From: the human T2T-CHM13v2.0 reference genome, Homo sapiens
Direction: 5' to 3' (one strand)
Length of the DNA: 64,000 nucleotides
NCBI RefSeq assembly: GCF_009914755.1
Contig: NC_060927.1
The notes beneath the pieces are model-generated. The model was not told where the DNA came from. It saw only the letters and a program-made list of their open reading frames with translations, and did no database searches. The position numbers were made by a program, and so were the translations under genes. Positions 26,061 to 41,269 of the stretch are shown piece after piece; position 1 is the stretch's first letter; each line of letters opens with the position of its first letter.

Positions 26061-27934
26061 ATGTTTACTGCTTTCTAGTAAATAAACATTTCAGCAGAAC
26101 ACAGTAAAAAAAGTTGGTGGTCAATGAAAGCTGCTCTTCTCTCTTCCTTTCCTGCCCAGTGTACAAGTAAAGGAACTAAAAGAAAAAAGAAAGCAACCAC
26201 ATTAAGAAGTGAAGCTGAACTCAAACCAGTCTTACATTTCAGTTTAGTGCTAAGTTCTATTCATTTATTTATTTCCTTCTCTACATCACAGCTGTCTTAT
26301 GCACACTTCTGTGCTAGCTGAAATTAACACTCCTGCTTTGGCAGTCAAATTTCTTGATTGTATACATTGTAGTTTTCGTGAGGATGCTTTAAAATCAGAC
26401 CATTTCAAAAACAAATTTCTTTTCATATCTTATATGCATTGGGAAGAAGTTTTCCAAACATATTAAATCCTCCCATCCCAGAAATTCTCAAGGCTAAATG
26501 AACACAGCATTTAACAGTAATAGACTACTTTTCAAGTACCCATGCAAGATATTGGAGAAGCCTTAAAAGACCAACATACATTTACAAAACAATGGTTTGG
26601 ATAATAGCACTTGTCTTAAGTATTAAAGTACCGTCATATAGAGACTGAATTAGAAACCTATTCTCCAGTTTTATTTATTTCCCACAAGAAATAAATGAGC
26701 ACTCTGAGATTAGAGAAGAATCACTTTACTGGGGAGCAGTTGAATTTTTAAATCTTAGTAACCTATAACTTGTATTGTGGTAGCTTGATTAATTTTTATC
26801 TTCCCCTCAATGACCAGAAGGAGCTCCTTGAAAGGAATGATCATATCTTATTTATTTATTTGCATTTCTAGTGCTTAGCACTTATAAACCTGTCCTTACC
26901 TGCCTCGCTCTCATTTTAGTCATAAGCTTAATCCTGCCCACCTGTGTTCTGAAATGTATGCTTTCACACTACTTCAAGGACCACCCTCCATTAAGTATGC
27001 CCTGTCTCATGCATTTCTCAGCTGGTTCTACCTTAAAGCTTTAAACACACTGTGCTCTGTTCATATTTAAAAGCAACTACAGCCAAGCCTCAGAACTCCC
27101 CTAGCCCTAAGTCCTCATTAATAAACACAAGATTTATTTCATTTCAAAGCCAAAATTTTATAAAAATAATCTGTTCTTTTAATCTCTAATTTGAATACAT
27201 GTATTGTCTAACACATTCTGGTCTGACTTCATTTACTATAAGTCCAATAAAACTGCTCTAACTATGGTTACATGGTTATTTAGCAATGTTCTCACTACAT
27301 TAGATGAAGGAATATTATTCAGTTCTTATTACTGATGCTTGAACTACTCAATACGTAACAATTCTCTCCTTCATGACTGAGTTCTGAAACAGTTGAGAAA
27401 TAGGACATAGGTCAGTGGAAATAGAGATTAAAATGTCAGCATATCACTTATAATACATAAGTCAAAGGACATGGATTCTCTGTGTGGCTAAATAGGCTTT
27501 CTTACCCTCCCATGAATGAAATGTACCAGCCAAGCAATAGGCAAGACCCTTTGCCATAGCAGGGGATAGATGGGAAGGCATCGTATCTTCAGGCTCCTTC
27601 TTCCAACTCACGCTTCTGATTTGTCACTCTGTGGGTAAAGGGCAGCCAGAAAAGTTACTTTAAGAACAATTTATTTACATGGATTATGAGCCCAGAAATA
27701 AAAGTGATTCCTCTGTTGCACTTTTCCTACTTGGTCTCTTTTTATATTTGACACAGTTATTATATGCTTACCATTGAACTTCTTCCTTAGCCTTGGTGAT
27801 GGCCATTTAATTCTAATTGCTAGCGTACATCTTTTATTGTTTCTTTTCAAACTCCTTCATGTTTTTTTTTTTAAATTTAACTTTTAAAATGAGTTTTTCT
27901 TTAAGATTCTATTCTTCATTTTCTCTTTATATGC

Positions 27935-28352
27935 TGCTATAATTTGAATACTTGCCCCTCCAAACCTATGTTGATATTTGATCCCCGGTGTTGAAGATGG
28001 GGCTTAATGGGAGGTGTTTGTTCATAGCAGATCTCTCATAAATGCTTTGTTGCCATCCTCCTGGTAATGAATAATTTCTTGCCCTATTATTTTCCATGAA
28101 AGCTGGTTGTTGAAAAAAAGAAGGCACCTCCACTCTGCCTTTCTTGCTTCCTCTCCTGTTAGGTAATCTCTGCACATGTTGGCTCCTTCACTCCTGCCAT
28201 GACTGGAGTCTTCCTGAAGCCCTCACCAGAAGCAGATGCTGATTCCATGTTTCTCATACAATCTGTGGAACCATGAGCCAAATAAATTTCTTCTCTTTAT
28301 AAATTACCCAATCTTAGGTATTCCTGTATAGTAACACATATGGAGTAAAACA
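27935..28352 (+). mobile_element. MSTB/MSTC MaLR solo LTR
   Basis: tgctataatttgaat...ctcaccagaagcagatgctg...ttataaattacccaatcttaggtattc. Confidence 0.85.
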
Positions 28353-29719
28353 TACTATAGGCTGACCTTGGGTCATTTGCTATATATCTGTCAATTTATT
28401 TTCCACTTTTGTAATGTTGATTTAGAATAGATACCTCTAGTTCAGATCTCTTTTCAGGGTCTAAAACCCATATATTAAACCATCTATTAGAGTTTTCGCA
28501 GGATGTCTGATAAGCAATTCAAATTCAGTATCCATACTTGAACTCATAATCTTTCCTCTCAAATTATCTCCATAAAATTTGCATTATTTCTTACCTTAGA
28601 CACACAAGCATTGTCCTTTAACTCCCTCTTTTTTGCCCTAAAAATCTAATAGTTTCATTGTGTTACAAATTTTTACCTTTCTTTCATGTCTCTTCTCAAA
28701 CTTTGAATTCATGTCTTCATTTGTACTTTGATAAGAACAATAGCCTCCAGATTTGTATTCCAGACCCAGTAATTTTATTTCCCTGTAATCAATTTTCCAA
28801 ATGATTGATGGAGTAAGCTTTAAAAAAAATGTAAATATGGCTTTACTGTGATCACACTCAATGCCTTAGCTCAGATAATTTGACACAAAGAACTTGGTCA
28901 ATCACTGGTAAAAACAAGTTAATTGATTACATATTTTATTGAAACTAAAATTCAGTTAAAGTTTTTTAGACCTTTCTTTTTTCAAGTGTTATACATAAAT
29001 ATCATACCCATTGGTTCTATGAGACAGTTTTTACGTTTTTATGTGACCTAAGTGTTTTTGTCTTTCTGAAATTGTTCTCCAAGTCAATTAGTTTCGTTTG
29101 CCTCTGTACATAATTGAAAATTTGAAAACAATATAAATATTATAAAATGTTAAAAACTGTAGAGAACTTCAGTGGTTAATAATAGGGGATTGGTTGAATA
29201 CAACTTTTGGTTACAAAATAATATGCATATTATACTTTTAAAAAAAATTTGCATCAAATTTTTTTGATGCAAAAAGAAAATTTTTCTCTTAGAAAATTCT
29301 AAATTAAAATGAAATAGGATACTAAAAAAGAAATTGTCTTTGCGTTGATAGGTGATTCTTTGCTATTTTTGCTAGCTTTTCTGATTTATTTATATTTTCT
29401 AAGATAAATTAAAATTTTGCTTTTAATACAAATAATTAAGAATAATGTAAAAAAAGGAATTTGAATTTTTTGAGGGTTTTCAACATCATTTTTAGGCACT
29501 TATTTCTGATCCTACTGGCAATATTTTTGCAGTTTTAAAAATATTCAAAATGTAAATGTCCAATTTGTTATTTTTTAAACAGTTTTCATATTGCAGTAAC
29601 TACTGTATAGCCTACCATAATTTACAGCCAGTTTTTCACTGTCAAATAATTAGTTGTTCTCACATTTCTCTAATAAATACTACAGAGCAGGAATGATTGT
29701 TAGAGAATAAATTAAAAAT

Positions 29720-29910
29720 ATGAAGGAATTTCTACTAAAGTCAAGAACAAGGCAAGGATGACTCATCATTTCTTCTCAACATCATACTGAAAGTCTTAGT
29801 TAATGCAGTAAAACAAGAAAAGAAAAGCTACTCAGATTGAAATGAAAAAATTGAAACTGTCCTTGTTTGCAGATGACATGATTGTGCATGTAGAAAATAT
29901 GTACAAGACA
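29720..29910 (+). mobile_element. Old L1M ORF2 fragment
   Basis: aagaacaaggcaaggatg...tttgcagatgacatgattgtgcatgtagaaaat (FADD motif). Confidence 0.75.
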
Positions 29911-29976
29911 CAAACTGGATTTGGATTAATTTTAAGAGTGACCAAATGAATAAATGAAAGTTTGTTGAATAATTTA

Positions 29977-30323
<347 letters not shown>

Positions 30324-30515
30324 TATATATAAACATTATATATATGGATAATATATATATACATTTTTTGAGACATATATATACAAATATGTATGTGTTA
30401 TATATATATAACATATATAACACACATATATATAACACATATAATACATATACATATATAATATATATAACATATATAATATATATAACATATATATATA
30501 AAACATATATATGTA
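30324..30515. repeat. (TA)-rich degenerate microsatellite (atataacac/atatataat units)
   Basis: Visible directly in the sequence. Confidence 0.9.
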
Positions 30516-33328
30516 TGGTTGTGGAAACTAAGCTTGGGTCCAAAATCCTCTTCTAGGTACAACTGTTTTTATTTATATTTTATTTACAAAAGTAAATTCT
30601 CCTATTTACCCTTTGTGCAGAGAAAACCTGTTCTCTGTCGGAAAGCTGTTTATTCCTCACTTCTCAAGAGACATTTTAAAAAGCATTTGCTGCTACTGGA
30701 GCTTTACTGGTATAGGTGGGTGACAGAAGAGTTTAAACTTCCCAACAACTTATGGTACAAATTTTCCTATTTACAAGTAAAATACCTCCATATACTTCTA
30801 GTATTATCTGCAATTAAGCATTTAAATGATGAAAGTAATCCTACAACAAACAGCAAATCAAAATGAAATAAAACATATTAAATATTTAATCCTCCAAAAA
30901 TTACACAGAAACACAATATTAACATATATACTTAATGACTGAGAAGTTGGCATTTATAATCTAAACTGTGATAGAGCTCAACCTTGAATTATTTGCTGAA
31001 TTTTATCCCATTTCTTGCTCTTTAAAAATATTGACTTCTCTGAGTTTTTTTCTCTCTTTAGCATGCATCTCAACAGCAGAAACAAATACTAACAGCTTGC
31101 AATTTCTCTCTCTCCAAATAAAGCTATAATTGCCAAAAAGCATGTGCAATGTCACGGAAAGACCCTGGAACACTAAAACTGCCCATCTCCATATAGGTGT
31201 GATTTGGTAGGAAAAAGAAAGAACTGTATCATTGTGTATTGTTTTTTCAGTGTCGCTGTTCTAAAACAATTCCAAAACTTTGCCTTTTTTCAAGCAGATC
31301 AGAACTAAAAAGGGTTTAAACCTTCATCTGGGAAACTAAACGGACACTCCAATGTTATTCTTGTAATGGCTGATTGATAGATGAGGTGGCATCTGTCAAC
31401 CACAAAACTTCCTAATGCTTTAGTGCAGTGTTTATTTAGCAGCTGAATATAAGACACAGCTTGAAGCTCATAATGGCTGCCACAAGTTTCATTGAGTTGA
31501 TATTGCCTTTGTCTTTGAAAGAGAGTTTTCTCCAGGCTTGATCAGTAACAGAAATAGTTTTGTCTTTCTACTGGACAGAATAAGAGCTGGCTCTCTGTGA
31601 AATGGACATATTACCCTCCTCACAGAGTGGTGCATCTCAGAAAGACATTCTCATCAAAAGGGAATTACAGTTTTTAATCAAGAACATCAAGGTCGAACTG
31701 TTACAGTTACAAGCAATAGAAAAAAAGAACATGGCACATATATTGTATGCCAAAATTTACTTGGAAAAATTATTCAGTTTTTGAATATTTGATAATTTTT
31801 GCTTTTGTTGTTCTTAAACTGAGGCTTTTATGTGTGTTAACAGCTAAGTGTCTCAATTTGTTTTCCCTATTAAGACAAGATTGCACGTTTGCTTTTCATA
31901 GAGGAGCATTACGTTGCCCATACTTAGTCTGAGCCAGCTTCCCACCTTCGAAAATATAATCACAACCACATTTTAACTTTTCTCCTTGAGAATTTTTGGT
32001 TCATGTATGAGAGGAAACAAAGTGTGTCCTAGTCTTTCATTCTATATTTTGTAGAGGAAGTTCTTCATTTTATATTATAAACTTCCTGCCTTTTGGATTA
32101 AAAAGTTTGAAGCTTCCTTCTGCAAAAATTTGATTTTTATTATCTTAGAATCTTACCCTTAATCAGAGGAGACTAAGGTTATGCAAAGAAAATGTTGACA
32201 GAATAAGATACTAGGGGCTTAGGGCAATGTGTCCAGCCACACCCTTGAAAGTAATAATGAGAATGTGGCTGGAGAGAGGACCAGATTGGATGAGATTCTA
32301 GCATCTGCTTTAAAATAAAAACTGTTGGGCTTGTGTTCAGTTATTTGGTGAAGTTTTCCCTATCAAAATTATTTCTTTTATTCATTTGCTAATGATAATC
32401 TTTAAATAAATGTTAATAGCCCATAGTTCTACTCTGCTAAAAAGAACTATCTCTACATAGTTTTACATCATCTGAAATTCTTATTAATCTCTGCAAGGAG
32501 GGATGATTTATCCAGAAGCCTTAAGCTCCTGGCTCTACTTTATATTTCTACCTGCCAAGTGGGCTTTGAACATTTTGCTATGAGCCAAAAGGTTTATGAA
32601 AATGAACAGATTGTCCCTCTCTACCCCATACGATGAACCCAATTCATACAAAAGCACACTCATTTTCATGGATATTTGACTTTAACATAGAGTAAAATAA
32701 TTTTTAGCTCATTTTTTCAACACTTATTTCCAAGTCCCATCAAATCATTGTAATTTCTGACATTTAGCTGTGACTTGTTCTTTTCCACTGCCACTATCAC
32801 TTCTCAAGTCTCACATGCTTTATTTTTCAGCTGTCTTTCAGCTATCTCTGTTCTCTTGCTCTAAACATTATGCATATGCTTGCTAGACTAACCTTTAAAT
32901 TTTATGTTCACTAATAACTTACAATTTCTCAGTTAAAAATCTTTAACTGCTTTCTTTTGCATAGAACTCAGTTAAAAATCTTTAATTATTTTCCTTTGCA
33001 CAAATATCAAACTCAAGACCTCCTGAGGGTCATACTAGAGTTATATCATACCAGAAAATATGAAAGCATGGGGAAAGATTACTAGAGGGAATTGGCTAGG
33101 AACAAATTTTTGGAAAAATGTTAATTTTCAAAAATTTGTAAAAGTATAGTTTTTGAATGTTTTTACATATTTGAACATTTTAAGTATAAGGTAGATGATA
33201 TCACAAATTTGTGTTCTCATCTTAAATATTTATATCCATTTAGTAGACACTAGATGTTACAGTCCAGGTTAGTCATATTTATCATGATTTAGTGGTATAT
33301 GTTCAAGTTTTAATCAGTATAAAAATCC

Positions 33329-33633
33329 GGGTGGGCGTGGTGGCCCACGTCTGTAATCCCAGCACTTTGGGAGGCCGAGGTGTGTGGATCACTTGAGGCC
33401 TGGAGTGCGAGACCAACCTGGCCAACATGGCAAAACCCAGTTTCTACTAAAAATATTTTAAAAATTAGCCGGATGTGGTGGTGGGTGCCTGTAATCCCAG
33501 CTACTCGGGAGGCTGAGGCAGGAGAATTGCTTGCCCCTGGGAGGTGGAGTGGCAGTGAGCTGAGATCGCGCCACTGCACTCCAGCCTGGGGGACAGAGTA
33601 AGACTCTGTCTCAAAAAAAAGAAAAGAAAAAAA
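33329..33633 (+). mobile_element. AluS/J-type
   Basis: Full Alu dimer; aaaaatc on both flanks. Confidence 0.93.
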
Positions 33634-35589
33634 TCATTTTTGGCATTCTTGGCATTTCTTTTTTTAAAGAAATGTGTTCATGCTATAGATATTTGGCTAT
33701 ATTTTCAATAATTTAATTATTTGTAATAGATCAAGAAAATGTACCTAAAGCAAATTGATTTGAGATTACTTTCTAAGTTGCATACAAATGTTAGAGAATA
33801 CATACATAAGACCTGTTGGGATATCATTCATTGGAAATAACTCACAACGTTAGAACCAGTAGCAGGCTTAAAGGTCACTCACTTCCCACCGGGCTGTGAG
33901 GCTTTTAAACTGCATGAGTAGGAAAGTATATCCTCTTCCTTGGCGTGATCAAGGTCTGGGGTCAACTCTTATTCTTGAAACTGTATGATATAACAAGTTA
34001 GTGGCATATTTCAAAACAAAAGTTCTCATGGTTGGAGATGTATCAGTCTATCTTTTTAGTCAAATCATTAGACTGGGGTCCAGTCTTGAAAACTGATCAG
34101 GATTAATTAAAGTAAGCCCAAGGTTATGACAAGTTTCCACAGGGATTTGCAATAGGCCAACTCCTTTTCTGAGCGGCCAGCCTGAGAAGATAAGTTTTAG
34201 CTAAGGGATTGTGTCTTTTACCAGACATTAGTTTGAGTTTTATAAAAGCATGGACCTGGAAGTGGAGCCAAGATGGCTGAATAAAGGCAGCTCCTCTCTA
34301 GGGCTCCCACTGAGAAGGACAAAAACTGCGAGTGAATTCTGAATCTTCAATTTAGGTACCAAAGTTCTCTTCTTGGGACTGACTAGGTGACTGGCATGAC
34401 CCACTGAGAGTGAGCAAAAACAGGGTGGAGCAAGACCCCCACCAGGGAGCTGCATGCAGCAAAGGAACTACTTCCCACAGCCAAGGGAGAGGGTGAAGGA
34501 CTGTGCTTCCCCTCACTGAAAACCAGGCTTTTCCCACAGATCCTTGCAACCTGTGGGTTAGGAGGTCCCCTCCTGGGCCCATGCTACCAGAGCCTTGGGT
34601 CCCAAGCACAAAGCTGTGGAGAATCACAGTGGCTGCTCTGGTCGGCAGCTGCTTTCAGCAGGCACTGAGATACAGGAGTATTTGCATACTCCAGCTCTGG
34701 CAACTCCCTTGAGGCAGGAGATCTGATCCGTCCATCTTGCGGGAAGGGGGCTGAAGTCAGGTAACTGAGCAGCCATGCTCCCATGGAACTCCAAAAGCTA
34801 AAATCCACTGGCTTGGCATCACCACCGGCCAGCACAGCCGGCTATAAACTGTCTAACAAGACTGAGTTCCTGGAGGGTAGGGACAGCACCATCACCGTAA
34901 GTACATTCCACTGCTTTCCCTTGTCACCGGTGCCAGTGAGATGGGGTGAGACCCGCATCCACTCCTCCTCACTGGGTGGGGCCTCCTTGTAGGAATCTCA
35001 GCATCCCCAGCCAAGGGTTTATGGACAGAACACTGATAACCCTAAGAAGAGCCCCTAGGAGGAGGGGTGGCTGCAGTATCCTGAATCAGAGATCTTACTC
35101 TTTTCTGCCTGCTGCCTCTGGAGAGTCAGGGCAGCCCAGACCAGGGGGATTCCCCCCAGTGCAGCACAACTGCCCTGCCAAAAGGCACACAGACTGCTTA
35201 TTTAAGCGAATTTCTGATCCAGCTCCTCTTGACAGAGTGAGACCTCCTAACAAGAGTCTGCAGACACGTCATACAGAAGCATTCCGGCTGGCATAAGGCC
35301 AGTGCCCCTCTGGAACAGAGCTCCCAGAAGAAGGAGCAGGCTGCCATCTTTGCTGGTCTGCAGCCTTACCTCGTTATATCTCCAGGGATGGGAGGGACCC
35401 AGGTGAATAGGGGCTAGAGTGGACCCCAAGCAAACCTCAGCAGCCCTACAGAAAAGGGGCCTTACTGCTAAAAGAAAAACAAACTGAATGCAACAACATC
35501 AATGAAAATGACACCACAAAAACCCCATCCAAAAGTTAGCAGCCTCAAAGATCAAAGATAAATACACCCATGAAGATGAGAAAGAATCA

Positions 35590-35958
<369 letters not shown>

Positions 35959-37851
35959 AAAAGATTGCAACATGTCTCTATCAAGGGTATAGAACTGGGC
36001 TGAGGCTGAAATGGGTGAATTGACAGAAATAAATAGGCTTCTGAAGATGAGTTATGATGAAATTTGCAAGCTAAAGGATTATGTTCTAACTCACTGCAAA
36101 GGAACTGAGAATCATTATAAAACATTACAGGAGCTGTTAACCAAAATAACCAGTTTAAAGAGCAACATAAATGATCTGATAGAGCTGAAAAACACAACAC
36201 AAGAACTTCATAATGCAAACACAAGTATCAATAGCTGAATAGAACAAGTGGAAGAAAGGATATCAGAGCTTGAAGTCTATCTTGCTGAAATAAGGCAGGC
36301 AGACAAGATTAGAGAAAAAAGAATAAGAACGAATGAACAAAACTTTTGAGAACTATAGAATTATGTTAAAAGACCAAACCTATGACCGACAGGGCTCCTG
36401 AAAGAGACGAGGAGAATGGAACCAAGTTGAAAAACACACTTCAGAATATCATCCAGGAGAACTTCCCCAACCTAGCAAGACAGGCCAACATTCAAATTCA
36501 GGAAATCCAGAAAACCCCAGTAAAATACATGAAAAGATCAAGCCCAAGACACACAATCATCAGATTCTCCAAGGTTGAAATGAAGGAAAAAATGTTAAAG
36601 GCAGCCGGAAAGAAGGGACAGATCACATATAAAGGGAAGCCCATCAGACTAACAGCAGGCCTCTCAGCAGAAAACCTACAAGCCACATGAGACTGGGGGC
36701 CAATTTTCAATATTCTTAAAGAAAATTATTTTCAACCCAGAATTTCATATCCAGCCAAGCTAAGCTTCATAAGTGAAAGAGAAATAAAATTTTTATCAGA
36801 CAAGCAAATGCTGAAAGAATTCGTCACCACCAGGCCTGCCTTGCAAGAGCTCCTGAAAGAAGCACTAAATAGGAAAAGGAAAAACCATTATCAGCCACTA
36901 CAAAAAACACACTGAAATACACTAACCAGTGACACTATAAAGCAATATATACACAAATCTGCAAAATAACCATCTAGCATCACGATGTCAGAAGCAAATT
37001 TACACGTAACAATATTAACCTTTAATGTAAATGGGCTAAATGTCCCAATTAAAAAACTCAGATTGGCAAGCTGTGTTTTTTAAAGAGTGAAAATTCACTG
37101 GTGTGTTGTATTCAAGAGACCCATCTCACATGCAAAGACAAATGTAGACTTAAAATAAAAGGATAGAGGAAAATTTACCAAGCAAATAGAAAACAGAAAA
37201 AAAACGGGGTTGCAATCCCAGTTTCTGACAAAACAGACTTTAAACCAACAGAGATTTAAAAAAAAAAGGCAAAGAAGGGCATTACCTATTGGTAAAGCGA
37301 TCGATTCAACAAGAAGAGTTAACTACCCTAAATATATATGCACCCAATACAGGGGCACCCAAATTCATAAAACAAGTTCTTAGAGGCCTACAAAGAGACA
37401 CAATAATAGTGAGAGACCTTAACACACCACTGTCAATATTAGACAGATAATTGAGACAGAAAATTAACAAAGATATTCAGGACTTAAGCTCCTCTTTGGA
37501 TCAAGTGAACCTGATATTTATCTACAGATCTTTCCAGCCCAAAACAACAGAATATACATTCTTCTTGGTGCCACATAGCACTTACTCTAAAATTGATCAC
37601 ATAATTAGAAGTAAATATCTGCTCAGCAAATGCAAAATAACTGAAATCAAAATAGTCTCTCAGACCACAGTGCAATCAAATTAGAACTCAAGAGTAAGAA
37701 ACTCACTCAAAACCACAGAACTATATGAAAATTGAACAACCTGCTCCTGAATGACTCCTGGGTAAATAATGAAATTAGCACAGAAATCAAGAAGTTATTT
37801 GAAACCAGTGAAAACAAAGAGAGAATGTACCAGAATCTCTGAGATGCAGCT

Positions 37852-38212
37852 GGATATGGTTTGGCTGTGTCGCCATCAAATCTCAACTTGAATTGTATCT
37901 TCCAGAAATCCCACATGTTGTGGGAGGGACCCAGGGAGAGGTAATAGAATCATGGGGGCCCGTCTTTCCCAGTGTTATTCTCATGATAGTGAATAAGTCT
38001 TATGAGATCTGATGAGTTTATAATGGGTTTCCACTTTTGCTTCTTCCTCATTTTCTCTTGCTGCTGCAATGTAAGAAATGCCTTTCACTTCCTCCCTGAT
38101 TCTGAGGTCTCCCCAGGCATGTGAAACTGGGTCCAATTAAGTCCAATTAAACCTCTTTTTATTCCCAGTCTTGGGTTTGTCTTTATCAGCAGTATGAATA
38201 CAAACTAATACA
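37852..38212 (+). mobile_element. THE1C solo LTR inside L1 ORF2, 5-bp TSD cagct
   Basis: gatatggtttggctgtgtc...aaactaataca. cagct at 37847-51 and 38213-17. Confidence 0.92.
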
Positions 38213-41200
38213 CAGCTAAAGCAATGTTAAGAGGGAAATTTATAGCCCTAAATGGCCACATCAAAAATCTAAAATGATCTCAAATCGACACCCTAGCATC
38301 ACAACAAAGAGAACAAGAGAACCAAGAGCAAACTAACCCCAAAGCCAACAGAAAACAGGAAATAACCAAGATTAGAGCAGAAATGAAGGACATAGAGACA
38401 AAAATCTTTTCAAAAAAAATCAGTGAATCCAGGAACAGGTTTTTTGAAAAAAATTAATAAAATAGACCACTAGCCAGACAAATAAAGATGAAAAGAGCGA
38501 AGAATCAAATAGACACAATAAAAAATGACAAAGGGGATATCACCACTGACCCCACAGAAATACAAACAGCTATCAGAGAATACTATCACCGGCTCTATGC
38601 AAATAAACTAGAAAATCTAGAAGAAATGTATAGATTTCTGAATAGATACACCTTCTCAAGAGTGAACCAGGAAGAAAGTGAATCCCTCAATAGACCAATA
38701 ACAAGTTCCAAAATTGAGACAGTAAGAGCCTACCAACTGAAAAAAGCTCAGGACCAAATGGGTTGACAGCTGAATTCTACCAAAAATACAAAGAGAGGCT
38801 AATATCATTTCTTCTTAAACTATTCCAAGTAACTGAAAAGGAGGGACTCCTCCCTAACTCATTCTATGAGGCCAGCATCATCCTGATACCAAAACCTGGC
38901 ATAGATACAACAACAACAAAAAAACTTCAGGCCAATATCCCTGATAAACATTGATACAAAAATTCTCAATACAACACAAAAAAGGCCTTTGATAAAATTC
39001 AACAATCCTTCATGTTAAAAAGTCTCAATAAACTAGGTATTGAAGGAACATAACTCAACATAATAAGAGCCACTCAGGACAAACCCACGGCCAATATTAT
39101 ATTAAAGCATTCACCTGAAAACTGGGACAAGACACGAATGCCCTCTCTCACGATTCCTATTCAGCATAGTGTTGGAAGTTCTGGCCAAGGCAATCTGGCA
39201 AGAGAAAGAAATAAACAGTATTCAAATAGGAAGGGAGGAAGTCAAATTGTCTTTGCAGATGACATGATTGTGTATTTAGAAAACCCAATCATCTCACCCC
39301 AAAAGCTCTTTGAGCTGATAAGCAACTTCAGCCAAGTCTCAGGATACAAAATCAATGTGCAGAAGTCACAAGCATTCCTATACACCAACAACAGGCAAGC
39401 AGAAGGCCAAATCATGAATGAACTCCCATCAAAATTGCTCATAGAGAATAAAATATCCAGGAATAGAGCTAACAAGGCAAGTGAAGGGCCTCTTCAAGGA
39501 GAACTACAAACTGCTGTTCAAGGAAACCAAAGAGGACACAAAGAAAATGGAAAGGTATTCCATATTCATAGATAGAAAGAATCAATATTATAAAAATGGC
39601 TATATTGCCCAAAGTAATTTATAGATTCAATCCTAATCCCATAAACTACCATTGGGATTCTTCACAGAATTAGAAAAAAAAAAATTTAAAATTCATACAG
39701 AATCAAAAAAGAGCCAGTATAGCCAAGACAATTCTAATCAAAGAGAACGAAGCTGTAGGCATCACACTACCAGACTTCAAACTATACTATAAGGCTACAG
39801 TAACTAAAACAGCATGGTACTGGCACAAAAACAGACACGTAGACCAATGGAACAGAATGGAGAACTCAGAAGTAGTATCACACATTTATAACTATCTGAT
39901 CTTTTATAAACCTGACAAAAACAAGCAATGGGGAAAGGATTCCCTATTTGATAAATGGTGCTGCGAGAAATGGCTTTCCATTTGCAGAAAATTGAAACTG
40001 GACCACTTCTTCACACCTTATACAAAAATTAAGTCAATATGGGTTAAAGACTTAAATGTAAAATCCAAAATTATAAAAACTCTAGAAGAAAATCTAGTCA
40101 ATGCCATTCAGGACATTGGCATGGGCAAAGATTTCATGATAAAATTGCCAAAAGCAATTTCAACAAAAGGCAAAATTGACAAATGGAATCTAATTAAACT
40201 AAAGACCTTCTGCACAGCAAAATAAACTATCATCAGAGTGAACAGGCAACCTACAGAGTTGGAGAAAAATTTTGCAATCTATCCATCTGACGAAAGTCTA
40301 ATATCCAGAATCTACAAGGAACTCACACAAATTTACAAGAAAAAAAAACATTAAAAAGTGGACAAAGGATACAAACAGGCATTTTTTAAAAGAAGACATT
40401 CATGGAGCCAACAAACATACGAAAAAAAGCTCAACATCACTGATCATTAGGAAAAAGCAAATCAAAACCACAATGAAATACCATTGCATGCCAGTTAGAA
40501 TGACCATTATTAAAAAGTTAAGAAACAACACATGCTGGTGATGTTACAGAGAAATAGAAATGCTTTTATACTGTTAATGGGAATGTAAATTAGTTCAACC
40601 ATTGTGGAAGACGATGTGGCAATTCGTCAAAGATCTAGAACCAGAAACAGCATTTGATGCAGCCATCCCATTACTGGGTATATACCTACAGGAATAGAAA
40701 TAATTCTATTACAAAGATACATGCACACGTATGTTTATTGCAGCACTATTCAGAATTGCAAAGACATGAATCAACCTAAATGCCCATCATTGATAGACTG
40801 AATAAAGAAAATATGGTACATACACCCCATGGAATACTACACAGCCATAAAAAAGAATGAGATTATGTCCCTTGCAGGGACATGGAGGAAGCTGGAAGCC
40901 ATTATCCTCAGCAAACTAACACAGGAGCAGAAAACCAAACACTGCATGTTCTTGCTTATAAGTAGGACCTGAACAATGAGAACACATCAACACAGGGAGG
41001 GGAACAACATATGCTGGGGACTATCAGTGGGTGGAGTGGTGGGAGAGAGAGTAGTAGGAAAAATAACTAATGCATGCTGGGCTTAATACCTAGCTGATGG
41101 GTTGATAAGTGCAGTAAACCATCATGGCACACATTTAACTATGTAACAAACCTGCACATACTGCACATGTACCCCAGAACTAAAAATAAAAATTAAAAAG

Positions 41201-41269
41201 GAAAGAAAATTAAAAAATCATACACCCTACTGTATTTTCAAAACTTTTAAATTAAAAAATAAAGTTTGT

